A DNA stretch of 64,000 nucleotides, from contig NC_092675.1 of assembly GCF_964355755.1 (NCBI RefSeq), positions 1,111,812 to 1,175,811 of the forward strand, read 5' to 3'. This document shows positions 13,254 to 28,469 of the stretch, piece by piece. The notes under the pieces are model-generated. The model made no database searches. It saw nothing but the letters and a program-made list of their open reading frames with translations, and had not been told where the DNA came from. The stretch's first letter is position 1; each line of letters starts with the position of its first letter. A program made the translations under genes and the position numbers. The DNA is from Antedon mediterranea. Lineage: Eukaryota > Animalia > Echinodermata.

Positions 13254-14307
13254 GACACAATATTACCTTTTTTTGTAGTTAGTCCTACTGTTCTTCAACA
13301 AAGAACAGGACAAGAATCGGTGCCTTATTGTCTAAAGCTAGGCCGATCTGTCGGTGGGTTTCTCCGCTCTGTTTTATGTACGTCAGACCAGCTGATCGGC
13401 CAGGGAGAGTAGTGCTTGTTGTAGGGCCAAACTTGGCCAGACGACAAAGGAATTCCGTAATGAATTAGATATACCGGTAAATGACCTAATAAGCCTAGAC
13501 TTATTGTCAGATAACACGAATATTATTTCCAATCTAACATTTCGAAAAGTACAACCACACATGAACCTATATGGACTTTGAGAATCCCGAATTTAAGGGG
13601 GAAAATTGACTACTTTTTATCTACATTTAAAGTCCCACACACACGACGTACACTCGATCCTCTGCTGGCTATCAAAACAATAACACAATATGGCACCTGA
13701 TAACTTCGGACTTTGTCGGAAATGCTCGACAAATCGATTGTCAAGCTCTAAATCATGCGCATGTGGAGAATTGCGTCACTATATACTCGCATGACTTCAG
13801 TTGTCGAGGGGGAGTCCCGTAAGTTTACAACAAAATTATCAAGAGAAAATTCAATTTAAGTTTACCACTAGTCTACTATAATATGAGAACAGGCTTAAAA
13901 TGAGAGTATTTGGTCTTAAAAATCATCTCATGCTTGAACTCATTGACATGAAATAAAGTAATTGGCAAAATGAGTAACGGGAAGGGCGTATGCAACCACG
14001 CCTTTAAAGTACAGTATGTTGTCCCCCTTTTTTGATACAACATAAAGTCTCGCATAGAGAGATTTTAAAATTAACATTTTAACATTATTTGTACATTTTT
14101 AAAATGTTGCCTATTAATTAATTAATATCTCTTCGTGTTGTCTGTCTGAGCCTTGCTCCTCCGTAGGCCCTATTTAATATAAAATAATGGAATTGTTTTC
14201 AAAGATAATTAATTTAACTACTATCAATTTCAATAGCCTTCTTTGCACAATGCGGGGCACAATGCTAGTGAATATGATGGTCTTATTTGGTAGAGTATCC
14301 TTCACGC

Positions 14308-14705
14308 TACCGGGATTTACTCGAATAAACGCCCGGGGGCTTTATAAAGGAGGGTTTTCAGAGCTGGGGAGGAATTCGCTTATTCGAGGTAGGCGTTTAT
14401 TCGGGGGAGGCGTTTATTTTTTTGGGGTGTAATATTGTAACATGTATAATCAACCCCCAGATATGAAAAAATACAACATAATTAATAATACCGAGAAGTG
14501 ATCAAATCAGTAGGGACCTAAAAATAAATTAAAAAAAGCTTGGTAAATTGTAGATCATGTCAATCAATAACTTCTATTATTACAAATATAGGCCTATGTG
14601 TTGCAATATAATATTGTGTAGTGTATTGTGTATTTCTTCGAAGACATAAATAAATATTCAATTTATTCAAAATGATGTTTTATGGGTGCGTTTATTCGAA
14701 TAAAT
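14308..14705. mobile_element. Degenerate Tc1/mariner (pogo-like) MITE
   Basis: Left end TA-CCGGGATTTACTCGAATAAACGCCC; inverted match GGGTGCGTTTATTCGAATAAAT near 14684-14705; internal GGCGTTTATTCG repeats. Confidence 0.5.
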
Positions 14706-15435
14706 TCTTTTGTTTGTTGTATGACAAAGGACAGTTCGTAATAAAAGTTGAATTGATTATTTCAATTGAAGGTGTCAAAACAGATAGTAGATTATAGTGA
14801 TGATTGAAACCAATTCCAATAAAAGATTTGGTTTACCAAGTACGATATTATTAAATATTATTTGCAATTACAAATACCTAGGTCTAAAAAATGCGTCAAA
14901 TTGCTGGATTGCAACGTATCTAATTATTGTACTATGTTGTAATAAATAATAATAATTATAATAACGACGACAATAGTAATGATAATAATAACTATAGTAA
15001 TGATAACAACAATTTTAAATGTAAATATGTATATGTTTTTTATCCATATTTAATGAGGGTGATCCATCCAGCTATTGCTGATCATTAGGGACCATCAGAG
15101 GTTCACAAGACAAACATATACACAATATATGCTCTACATGTAGTATGTTTTAGCGGATATTAGTCCTTGATGGCATTTGCAGCAATAAAGAAATTGAATT
15201 GTTATTAAAAAAAATATATATATATAGAAATCGTGACGGACTTCAATCAGGAGTGTGTACATTGCTTGCTTGTATTTTATAGGATAACCCATTTGTTGCA
15301 TAAAGTTTGATAGTGTAGACAGAGCTTTAGATGTACGTGGACTTATTATGATCCAGAATCATCCATTTGCTTGTTGCTGCTGATAGTCATTTTAATACAC
15401 AAGATACTCTTTTTTTGTTTCAATCATTTTGAGAT

Positions 15436-15549
15436 GGCTTGTGGTCTATCTTGAAAAGAAGCCCATGGGGTTGTGGGGGGCTTGTGGTCTATCTTGAAAA
15501 GAAGCCCATGGGGTTGTGGGGGCTTGTGGTCTGTCTTGAAAAGAAGCCC
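15436..15549. repeat. 42-43 bp tandem repeat (~2.7 copies) inside a larger repeat element
   Basis: GGCTTGTGGTCTATCTTGAAAAGAAGCCC at 15436, 15479 and 15521. Inverted GCTTCTTTTCAAG copies near 15804 and 15843. Confidence 0.75.
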
Positions 15550-16239
15550 GAGATGGGCATCTTTACTAGATTACTTGCAAACTCTAGAGGGCGTCTAAAT
15601 GCGTCCATGACTGCTGATTTGCTACTACAACACGATTGTTTAGACATTTAACTGTCAATTTTATTTGTGATAAAATACCATTTAAAACTGTAAAATTACT
15701 GTATGTTATAAACTCGATCATATATTATATCTGCATCACAAGATACCTGGCATTAAATCACCTTTGTTATTCAAATATTCTATCTCGAAAACAACCTCAC
15801 TCGGCTTCTTTTCAAGATAACTTTTGCAGACCAAAGAGGGGTGCTTCTTTTCAAGGTTTTACTGTGGGTCATAAATTAATTGCGCGCAAGTTAGGAAACG
15901 CTTCCTCACTTTCTACCTCCAACACTTCAATAGCATCGTATTTCTTATAGTTCTTGGCAAAAATCGAAAGCTCCGTATTGAAGAATTTGAGTAGACACAT
16001 TGTTTACCACAAACAGTGTTTGTGTAACAGAGTCTTTTAATTGATATACTGTATTGAAAGAAGTTACGCTATAGGACTTTATAACCAAAATAAAGACACT
16101 GAAATAACATACAAGTTACAATATTTTGATTCAGATACAGTTTTAATTACAATGACTCTTCTTCACCACCATGGACCAACTATAGACATATTTTGATAAC
16201 GATGTTCTTTCATATTGTCCGACCATTCTGGCAATACTT

Positions 16240-18201
<1,962 letters not shown>

Positions 18202-18236
18202 CCTAAATAAAAGAATAGTAAAAAAGGTTGGAGATG

Positions 18237-18431
18237 CAGGCCTGGTCTTTTAAGGCGAGCGAGTGCGATCACTCACCTAACACACTCCTAAACTGCCTTT
18301 GAGGTGTGCAATTTACAACACGCCTAAATTTGGTAAACTTCTACACACCAAAAAAAATACAAACAGCACCTCTGAATGTATTGAGGAGTGCAAATTGTAG
18401 CACACCTAAAATTTTCAAAAGACAAGGCCTG
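18237..18431. mobile_element. hAT-like MITE, family B (RPS14 intron 1)
   Basis: TIR CAGGCCT(G/T)GTCT...AGACAAGGCCTG. A homologous copy lies in inverted orientation at 41055-41241. Confidence 0.7.
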
Positions 18432-18993
18432 GTTACTTTCAGTATCAATGGTGCCTCTCGAAACGTGCAGTCGCCCTACGTGGCATGCCTAGCTAGCTAG
18501 GCCTAGTCCAGCCAGCTGCACTACTGCATGCAGACAGGACAGTGCTGCCTAGCCTACTATCCTTCCTAGCTAGGCCTTAGGCTAAAAAGTAGTAGTAGGC
18601 CTAGGGCCTAGCCTCTAGGCCTAGCTAGTAGCTAGCTCTGCCTCTCTGGCCCGGACAGGCTAGGCCTAGACCTGGGACTATGTTATTCAGATGTTTTTGT
18701 TGTTGCTATATTAGACAATTTTCTTTTCAAAGAGCGTGTGTGTAGCCTACACTAATATAACCAAGCCAGCCGAGGAAATGAATAGCGATTTTCCTAGCAA
18801 AAGAAAACAATTTAGACAGTCGTATTTAAACGCTTCATTTTTACGGAACGAATGTTGGTATTTTGAGAAATATTGGGTTTCCTAAATTCAGGTAAATGTA
18901 TAATTTATCATAATGTTAACATGAGTAAATCAAATACAATGATTAAGCTAAAATAAAGCAGATCATTTTCGGCAATTTAACAACAACATTTAC

Positions 18994-19040
18994 CTGTTTA
19001 GCTATGAGAATTAAAAGAACGTTAGAGAGCATGCGCAGAA
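18994..19040 (-). promoter_or_regulatory. RPS14 non-coding first exon, TCT/5'TOP-type start and NRF1-like site
   Basis: Minus strand TGCGCATGCTCTCTAACGTTCTTTTAATTCTCATAGCTAAACAG|GTAAAT: an NRF1-like GCGCATGC followed by pyrimidine tracts typical of ribosomal-protein starts, then a donor. Confidence 0.7.
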
Positions 19041-19534
19041 TTAATTGCCAGGTTATCTTGTTTCATTTTAACCCTATTTTCAGCCACAGCACAAATAGCT
19101 TACAAAATACAAAAATCGAAGCACGACAACCTATATTGTATATATCTACCAAGACAGTCCAATCGATTTCTCAACAAATAATTTCGTTCAACTATTGATC
19201 AACATTGGATGATGTGATCACGATTTACATCCGTTTATAGAAAAATCAATGATACGTGACTGTGAGTTTTTTGTATAAGTTGAAAAACAACATCTATAGT
19301 GTAACATGCAAAACAAGCATTATCATATTTTATATCTATCTATTATTGTATTATATTGTGTGCACTTCTTGTTATTACTTTATTTCTAACGGGTCTACTA
19401 AGAGTGCGATTCAAGGTGTCATAGTGCAATTTGTGATGAAAGTTGGTACTTAAATTTAGTGTCAAAATAAACCAGAAAAACGTTCGTAGCTAGCTCAATC
19501 TGTAACCCCGTGGGGGGGGGGGGCGGTTTAGGGG

Positions 19535-19712
19535 CCTTTACAAAATGGCGGCCAAAATATTCAAATAGCTTATCTTCGTAATGGCTGGTGTAATAGTCAC
19601 ATATTCACTTCAACCATACATTTTGTCCAAAGCTGTAACTACTATTTCTGACATTTTGACCATTACGAAGATATTTAGCTATTTGAATATTTTGGCCGCC
19701 ATCTAGTAAGGC
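19535..19712. repeat. ~50-bp inverted repeat pair (transposon-derived foldback)
   Basis: AAATGGCGGCCAAAATATTCAAATAGCT-TATCTTCGTAATGG versus CCATTACGAAGATATTTAGCTATTTGAATATTTTGGCCGCCAT. Confidence 0.7.
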
Positions 19713-21300
19713 TTTATTATCTCTCTTGCAATGGCACTCTCCTTATCATGTTGTCTTTATATTCAACCTTAATTCAATTCATTCCGCATATTTTTGTCGC
19801 CAGTCGGCTTCAATGTTTCTCCTTTTTCTTTATCCGATAGTCACGTGCGTATGTAATATACCACAGTTTTGAACACAAATATTGATTTGAACATTTAATA
19901 ATAAAATAACTAAGCCTACCGGATAATACATTCATTAAAATAACGCTATCATTTTATACATATACATATTTCCTATTTTTCGTTAAATTAGCCTATAATA
20001 CAAAAATCATAAATGATGAAATTTAAATATTTCTCTCAATGAATACAATCAAACTTAGGCAATACATTTTATTTATAAAAAGGTGAAATTATATCATTAT
20101 ATTTAGATTTAGAAATAATGTCTCTGAAATAATATTACACTCAGTAGTGGTCATCAATAGATGACTTTGTCACACATTTGCCCGTGGCCTTATAAGTCCT
20201 TGAATGGAAATATCAGGTCTTTAAAATAATGTGAGTGTGCCAAATAAAATGTTCATTTCCTGAATTTTTTTCTAGACTTAAATAACGAAGAAAAATATAT
20301 AATTTGGAATAAAATATTGTCTTTCATGTTTTTCAACAGTGGGCCTAAATGAAAATAATACTTACGATATTTTTTCTAAAATAGACATATTTTGTTAATC
20401 ATTATGTAAAACGTTATCATCTTTATTGATTGATGATATCAAACATAATTTGATGCCAAATTATTGTGTTGTTGTTGCTATAAGTTCTTTTAATTATTTT
20501 TAATTGACTTATAATTTAATTTATTGTCGTTTTTCAAGTTTGTTTCGTTCATTTTTCATGTTTACGAGTGCTACAAATATAAATTGGTATTTTTTTTCCA
20601 ATAAGGATTATTATTATGGTCCATGGATATTAGGCCTGACGACGAAGGATTGTTTTCCAAAAGCTTGTCACTTTCTCTTTCTATCAGTTTTACCTTTTAT
20701 GCCTATCACTTTACTTTGCAAAGGCCTGGAATATAATACAACACTGACGTCCTTTCAAGTTTCAAATCTAATTTTAAAATGTCTAAATTGTACTGTAGTC
20801 TTAGTTGTTACAATTTTATATTTTACAATTAATATGACCATATATTGCAATTTCAGCGAAATCAATTAAGATTCAGTTACTGATAACCACAGCTTTGTAA
20901 TTTTCTGTCCGTAAATTTTCCTGTTGATATTTAATGGACACTTATAGATTAAACAGGTACTGAAACTTAAATTAGTGTTTGAGGGATTCATAGCTCACAA
21001 CAATTTGTTATGGTTCGTTTTATGTTCACGATCGGTGCCAATGACTTTATAAGTCTTAATTAAAATCGCCATTTAATTTGACTGACATTTTTTATTTAGA
21101 ATTTCAGAAAAATAGCATTAAATAATCTGATTGTGGTTATAAAGGATAAATTCAATCTACGCACATAAAAATGACTTATGAATTAGAAAATACGAGATTG
21201 GCTTACAATACGAAGGAAATATATTGAGTCATAATTGTTGACTCTTTTCCTATATTCTAGGATGTATACCGTATAAGGCCTACTTGCCAGAAATGAAAAG

Positions 21301-24300
21301 TTAACAATATTTAACCAGCGGATACGATTGCGACTGTTTCTGATAATACACAATATCATCAGACTCTCCTGGTACTCGGTCATCGATACTTGACTGTGAA
21401 AAGGCGATGCATGAGTTAGTTCCAGAGTTAAACTTAAACGCTTTACAACACGGTAAGTGTACACATGTTTTTGAACATGCCAATGCAGATGTATCTGTAC
21501 CTTCGTAGAGCTGTGATCCCGTAATGCCCAGTGATTGAACAACCTTCGAAAATGTTGCGCTTTTGTCGAACGGCCAATCTATCAAAACAATAAAAAAATA
21601 GTAGTAATTAAAGTACGTAATTGGCATGCAATTGACAACTATAAGATAGAGGTAAGGAGTAGTGGGTTAATACTTCCTAGTGGCATTCAGTGGCATCCAC
21701 CACACACAAAATTTGGGAAAGTATAGCAGCCATGGAGAACTTATTTCTCCGTGTTATAACACTGTTTGGCAGGTAGACATACTTTCAAATATCTTGTCTT
21801 TTGCAGCTTTTATTTCCACTTCATTTAATGCATGGCTGTAAACTTGTAATGCAGCTACTCTAGCAAATAAATCATCGTTGGAACTTCCAAGTTGTAGCTC
21901 GCTTAAGTCCAGGTCCATACTATCGAAATCTGTAAACGCAATGCTAGCGATCTCTCCATCTCTCCACAGTTTGAAGTTTCTTTTTGAACCGTCAAATGTA
22001 ATGGCAATAAAAGTCCAAACATTTGGTAAAAGTACATGTGCTTTCGTTATCTCCTGATCATTGTAGGAAACCGTGACTTCTGAATGATATAAGTAGTTAT
22101 TCGAATATGTTTGTTCAATTTTGAGATGTGTGTCGCCGTTGATGGTGCTTAGTATTTCACCAGACGATACTTCATTTGGATAGATGTACATCGTTACTGT
22201 TAACGCTGTTACTTCATTCCCAACACTCTGACTGTCAATAGTAATAGCATGGTTTAACGACTGAATATTATCGTCTAAACAGTCAGAATTTAGGTTTACG
22301 GAATTAGTAGAAGCAAACCATGATTGTAAGCAACTAAGGCTAAGATCTGATATCCGAAGAACACTCAAGTCTGGGATTACTGAACCTAAGTAGAACGAAA
22401 TTACAAATAAACAAACCTTTAATATATATTTATATAGAGAAAGAGAAGTTTAAACGTTATTAAATCTGAGAAATAGTGTATACTTATAATTTATATTATA
22501 TGATACTTAATTAAATAAGTGCGTACCAAGTACAGTATTCTCCAATACTGCTGCAGGATGTAAACCGGAATCAATGTGTGAAAAACAAAACAAAAATGCA
22601 TGTCAGCTAAAAAGAGGAGAATTGAAAATACCACAATGGTTATAATAACTTACTAAGCGGACATGATGATCCCGTGTCAGCCACATCGCAGTATTCCCAC
22701 CTTACGTTTGCATCAGAAGTATAACACCATGCCCCCGGTTCATTGTCTGGGTTTCGACATAAGTTGTGATGTCCTAGCCCAGTCTCCGAATTTGGAATCG
22801 AAATGCCTGAATACGGAACGTGAGGTGAATTTGATGTCCAAGTCTGACAAAGTATATTATTAGTTGTGGTATGCACTAGACCTCTATAATCATTTTTGTT
22901 TTCCATGAGAGTGCATTCACCTGTGGAAATATCATATGAATATAAAAAGTAAAGTTATATAAAGAATTATATTCAAGATTGGTTCCTACGTAGATGCAGC
23001 ACTACGACGTATGCACAACGCAAGTTACTGCAGTTGACTAATTATTGTTTAAGCTTGGTTCTCACTAGAAACGCAACGCAAGGACGTAACGCAACATAAA
23101 GCGTGGTTCTCACTAGAAACGCACCGCAAGGACGTAACGCAATATAAGTGATTTTACCAATCACAAGCGATGAAATATTGTCGCTTGTCATTGGTCAACT
23201 CTCTTGCGTTTCGTCTTTTTTCGGCTTTACCGACAATTTGGAGGATGCATATAAGTCGTAACTACGTGTGAACCAAGCTTAAGGAAACTACGCTTACAAA
23301 CATTTATAATAAAATGGATATGAAAGCAACACGAAGATATTTATAGTTGTGATTGTGTGTAGACATGACTTACTTATTTCTGGCTCATATTCATTGTAAA
23401 CTCTGACCTCACACACGTTCAGAAATTGATCGATTGTTGGATGCCATAGCATGACGTAACGCCCAGAAATCGGTTCACCACATTCTAAATCGATGATAGC
23501 ACTTCTTTCTACTTGTTCCGTAGTAACGGACATTCCACATTTAGGTGCATTTCTTAAATCGTCATAAACATTACCAATTCTCACCTCACTTTGTGCTAAC
23601 CGATAATGACTACCTGAACCTGAAACAAAAATTGTTCTTCCATGTTTATAACGTACTGGTGGTTCATTGATCATGTTTAAGAATCTGATGAGTTTGCCTC
23701 TCATCTTTCTAAATATTTACAATATTTATTTGCAAAAGCTTTTAAAAAAAGTACACATTTAAATAGTATCATTAAATTAAAAGTTTCATAATTTACACTT
23801 TTTGCCATTTTAGTTACTTTATGTATCGTTAGGCATGTGTATGTGTTTAATCGGAATTGTTGTCAACCAACGTTTCTTTGTTCAAATTGGCAATGTTTGG
23901 TGCAACACGATTTTTGGAATGTCAGAATAGAGATAGAAAATGTGTACAATAAGTAATTAATTAGATAATGTTTATATTATTGATTTCATCCCGTTGACAT
24001 TGGCTACCTTCTTTTCGGTATATTTTTCTAGAATAATTGTAGTGTAAGGTGAGGCACAAATCCTTCACCACCACTAATAATTCAACATTTATTAGTTTCT
24101 ATCAATGGTATAACAATACAATAAAAAAGAATGATAATTTATAATGAGAAAATACAAAAAATACCATTAATAGAAGATCTTGCAAGAAGAGAATACTTGT
24201 CACGCAAGACCCATAAACAAAGGAAAAAATACATTTGTATATAATTATTAAATAAAATAAAAGAAAGTCATGACAAAAACAGTTTGAAGGTCTAGTTTGA

Positions 24301-26925
24301 GTACAATGATAACAAATTACTTTTAAGTTTTTTACGAAAAGTTGGGAGAGAGGAAGAGTTAACAATACTAGTATCTAATTGATTCCAAATTAAAGGGCCA
24401 GAAACATAAATAAAGTGGGAAGAACTAGTTAATCTTACAAAAGGAATAGTTAACTGAAACTTATGAACAGTACATCTTAAATTATGACCATGGTTGAAAT
24501 CAGCAGTGTTAAATAAATTCATCATGGGAGAAGGAAGATTGTTAGAAAAATATTGAAAGACAAAAGAGGCACTTTGCAATTTATGTATATCACCTAACTT
24601 CAGTAACTTAAGTTCATAAAATAAAGGTTCAGATGGAGTAATGCGAGACGTACAAGTAATATTTCTAATAGCACGCTTAATCAGCTTATTAAGTTTATCG
24701 AGATGTGATGGATAGTCAGCAGCCCAAATAATGTTACAATAATAAAGATGAGGTAAAATTAAAGAATTATATAATGAAAGAAGGATACGCCGGGGAAAAG
24801 TGTGCTTAAGATTATTTATAATCCCAATTGTTTTAGAAATTTTATTTGCAATATGATTCTGATGACTGGTCCATCTCAAGTTTTCCTGGATTAAAACACC
24901 AAGGAACATAGTCTCTGACGTTTGTTTAATGTTATCTCCATTAATAAATATATTGTAATCAGTAAGGTCTAACGATTGACGTTGTGTATGAAAAAGAATG
25001 TAATTGGTTTTCATGGAGTTTATAAGGAGTTTATTTGAGATGAACCAGTCATTATATTTTGACAATTCATTATTAACTATAGAAAATAAAACTTTTAAAT
25101 CTGAATGAGAAAAAAATAGTGTAGTGTCATCAGCAAAGAGATGACATGGAGGGTGTCACTGACTCTGGATAAGTCATTTACGTAAATTTAAAAAAGGAGA
25201 GGGCCAAGAACCGACCCTTGTGGCACCCCACATGTCATCTCCTCCTCTGGTGATATACAATTACCAAACGAGACATATTGCTTCCTCATACTTAAGTAAC
25301 TACGAAACCAGTTTAAGGTAATACCCCTGATTCCATAATTGTTAAGTTTATTAATAAGTATACGGTGATCTAAAATATCGAAGGCCTTGGATAAGTCGAC
25401 AAAGACAGATAACAAAAATTTTCTTTTTTCAAAGGAGTTTGTTACATTATTTATGAGATCAAGGATTGCATGTGAAGTGGAATGAGATTTACGAAAACCA
25501 TATTGATGAGCAAAGAGTACGTTATTGCAATCCAGGAACTCATAGAGACGGGAGTACATTAATTTTTCAATGATTTTGGAAAAGGTACTAAGTAGTGAAA
25601 TGGGTCTGTAATTTGAAAGTATATCTTGTCTACCTTTCTTGAAAATTGGAATAACTTTTGCTAACTTTAAATAATTTGGAAAACTACCTGAAGAAAAAGA
25701 TGAATTAATACAGAACGTAAGATGATTAATAATGAATGGAGAAATCAATTTAATAACGTATGGTGTAACTCAATCTCCACCACTCCCCTGTGAGATCAGA
25801 CATAGGTACAATACCATAAAGTTACGCCAGACAAACTTTTCAGACGACAGTCAATGAAACCGTGTATTCTTTTTTTGTAAATGATCACGTATCAACTAAA
25901 TTTGAAATATGTTCACAGACTGGGTATTTAAACTCATTAGACATACCACATTAACCTAACAATCATTTGCATGATCGATAATCAATATAAATATATACAG
26001 ATGAATGTCACATGCTTTCAGTTAAAAATGGAATGTTGTCAACACTTTGAACACTTTTAATGTCACATGCGTCATGCGTAGATGTTGTCAAGGTGATTGG
26101 TGAACACACTAAGAACACTACTACTCTCGACACAAATAAAATAGTAATGAAAAACCTTTGGATGATGTTCCAATGATTTAACTTATTTTTCGATATAAAT
26201 AGTAATAAAACACTTACTTGGCTGTACTCTATTGATAATAGTAACTTTAGTAACGTTGTACTCTTTGGACAAATCAATCTTTAGGAATTCTTCACTGTTG
26301 TCGTCTAAAACAAAAATTATACAAATAAAATTATGTATTTAGTCATTCTTAAAATTTAAAACAGTTGTTATTCTTTTTGCTTATGTTCTTTTTTGTTAAG
26401 AACATTTTAAAGACTATTCAAAATTGTTTAACTCTTTTTTTTTTTGTAATATAACTTGATACACTCACGTGAATGGTAACATGTTGATCCCATCACTGTG
26501 TAATCATTTCCATCAGTAACCGCTCTGCCGTGGTAACCACCAAAAACTGAACTCTGCGTTACATCCTTTTTGTACGATAAATAAGCTGAAATACATAGAT
26601 CTTATACATAATAAATCCTGCAAATTAACAACGTGATATTATCCTTGAAAGAGTATATAAGTGAAACTATACGAGGGTAGTATCTTATGAAATCTCACTC
26701 TTTCCTGATTATTTGGTATCTGCTGAACTATTTAGCTAATCGGATTTTATTCCTTGAAACAGCTTCTTAACCATAATCGGGAATTCCACCTAGGCCTTGT
26801 TTAAGTACAAAATAGATAAAATAACGGTATCATAATTTAACAAAGTAACAGTACTTACACGTGTCAGCATATTTCCATAAAAATATGAAAGAACAACCGA
26901 CAAAAAGAATCGTATTCTGCTTCAT
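21301..26925 (-). CDS. Secreted mosaic protein (~554 aa): signal peptide, F-type lectin (FTP/fucolectin), kringle, LamG/pentraxin-like (ConA fold), PAN/apple
   Basis: Exons 26925-26859 (MKQNTILFVGCSFIFLWKYADT), 26585-26469 (TQSS..RAVTDGN..CYHS), 26304-26218 (IDLSKEYNVTKVTIINR), 23619-23374 (EVRIGN..C..GRYV..LNVCEVRVY), 22920-22654 (DYRG..CQTW..NLCRNPD..WCYT..WEYC), 22385-21783 (WTFIAITFDG..LWRDG..LQVYSHAL), 21578-21301 (CSKTC..CKAFKF..C). Total 1665 nt, open, all introns phase 1. Confidence 0.85.
22976..23279. mobile_element. Composite Harbinger-like MITE (nested or duplicated left ends)
   Basis: TIR AGCTTGGTTC(T/A)CAC at 23052 and, inverted, ending at 23279, flanked by TTA/TAA. Degenerate outer left end at 22976. 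Internal duplication of TGGTTCTCACTAGAAACGCA.CGCAAGGACGTAACGCAA. Confidence 0.6.
24075..25765 (-). mobile_element. 5'-truncated non-LTR retrotransposon (CR1/L2-group LINE), inactivated reverse transcriptase
   Basis: RT motifs AKVIPIFKKG..NYRPISLL, QYGFRK..ST, FVDLSKAFD, GVPQGSVLGPLLF, FADD (~25127-25138), KTNYILF, FLGV. In-frame TAA at 25190-25188 and a 1-bp frameshift near 25140. 3' UTR ends in an AATAAA/AT-rich tail near 24075. Located in intron 3 of the mosaic gene. Confidence 0.92.
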
Positions 26926-27581
26926 TTTAGGGACGTTCGGTTATGCAGTGTTTAGTTTCAGCGTGCGTCGTCAAAATGTATACATTAGATGCTCAAAGAA
27001 ACACGACTACAATGGTTGGCTAATTAATAATGAATGCATGTAAAGGAATATTGACAAAATAGGCTTCAGTAAATTCTGACGTAACTCGACCATTGGATAT
27101 GACAACATTGTTATTTTAAATCTACAGTGCGAAAGTTTTAAGATTTACTATTACACAATTAGGCCTAATCCGTGAAAAATAATGAGAAAAGAGAATTTTC
27201 AGTGAGATGTAAATTTCCAAAAAATGTTTATATTGAATACATTTTGAAAACTTGTCAATTTTTTTTAAATTTAAATTCAAAAATGTTAAAATTGAAAAAA
27301 ATAATTGAATATCATTATTGTTTTTAATATGCCATACATCTTTAATAATAATGCTGCTAAAATGCTATTTTACAGAATTTATTTTTGTCATGGTACACAT
27401 ATTCTATCTATATAAATATAATCTATATAAATGCCTATATATAGGCCTATTGTTGTTTCCTCCTTCTTTTTCATTAAACAAATATTGAATGGAATTAACG
27501 TGTGTGCTTATTTGGCGTTTTACCAAAACTGACAAGAATGTCAGTTAATTAGCGTAATACAAATGTCTTTAGAAATTGTTC

Positions 27582-27654
27582 ATACCATAATCATTAACAA
27601 TTACTGTGTTTATCTGTTACAGATAAACACAGTAATTGTTAATGATTATGGTAT
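27582..27654. repeat. Perfect 73-bp palindrome (36-bp arms, 1-nt centre)
   Basis: ATACCATAATCATTAACAATTACTGTGTTTATCTGT-T-ACAGATAAACACAGTAATTGTTAATGATTATGGTAT. Confidence 0.95.
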
Positions 27655-28469
27655 TCGAAATATACAATAATTTAAAATGAAATGAACCGTCTAAAACCTA
27701 ATTTAAGTAGCATCGATTTCCAAGTAGTTCAGAACAGACAAACATGTCACTCTCCATAAAATAGGTGAGACCAGAAGAGGGTGAAATTCAATTCCACTCT
27801 TTACTGGTTAAATATCTATTTCTTAAATTTTATCACGTGATTTATATGTAAATCAACAGGCGCAAGAATGGTGGGGTACTAAGGATTCTTATACATGTTG
27901 TTTAAAAAGATAATAGATGTCATTTCCAAGGACATTTCAGTTTGGTATACCGTGCGTTGTTATGCAAATGAGTTTGTGCAGGTGTATTATGGGGAAGATG
28001 GTATTGTTAGTCATTCGCGGTCAACACGCCACATTGTTAAATTTTGATGTTGTTAATCTTTACATTAGAAGATTGTCATGTAATAAAACATTTTCCGGGC
28101 GGGAACCTAGCAGCTCCTCTTAGTTTGAAAATGTAATCTCGAGAACTCCATGTGGAAAAGAAGCTCACCGAAGAGTACTAAAAATGAAGGAGCACATAGG
28201 CTTCTTTTCGAGGTTTTATGGCAGTCTATTTAATGGAAAATAATGCCATGCAACTTTGTTTCTGATTTTAAGGGTTCACTTTTTTAGGCCTGACATTTAC
28301 AACCATCAAAATATCTCTTCTTTCAAAATAAAAAAAAATATTCATTATTTTCATTTAAAAAAAAATCCGTAGAGGTTCAAATCCAAGCTGAGAGCACTCA
28401 AACCTGAGTATTACACGTTACGCCACAAAGGAATACATGACTGAACAGCTAATAATAGTCTATTGACAA

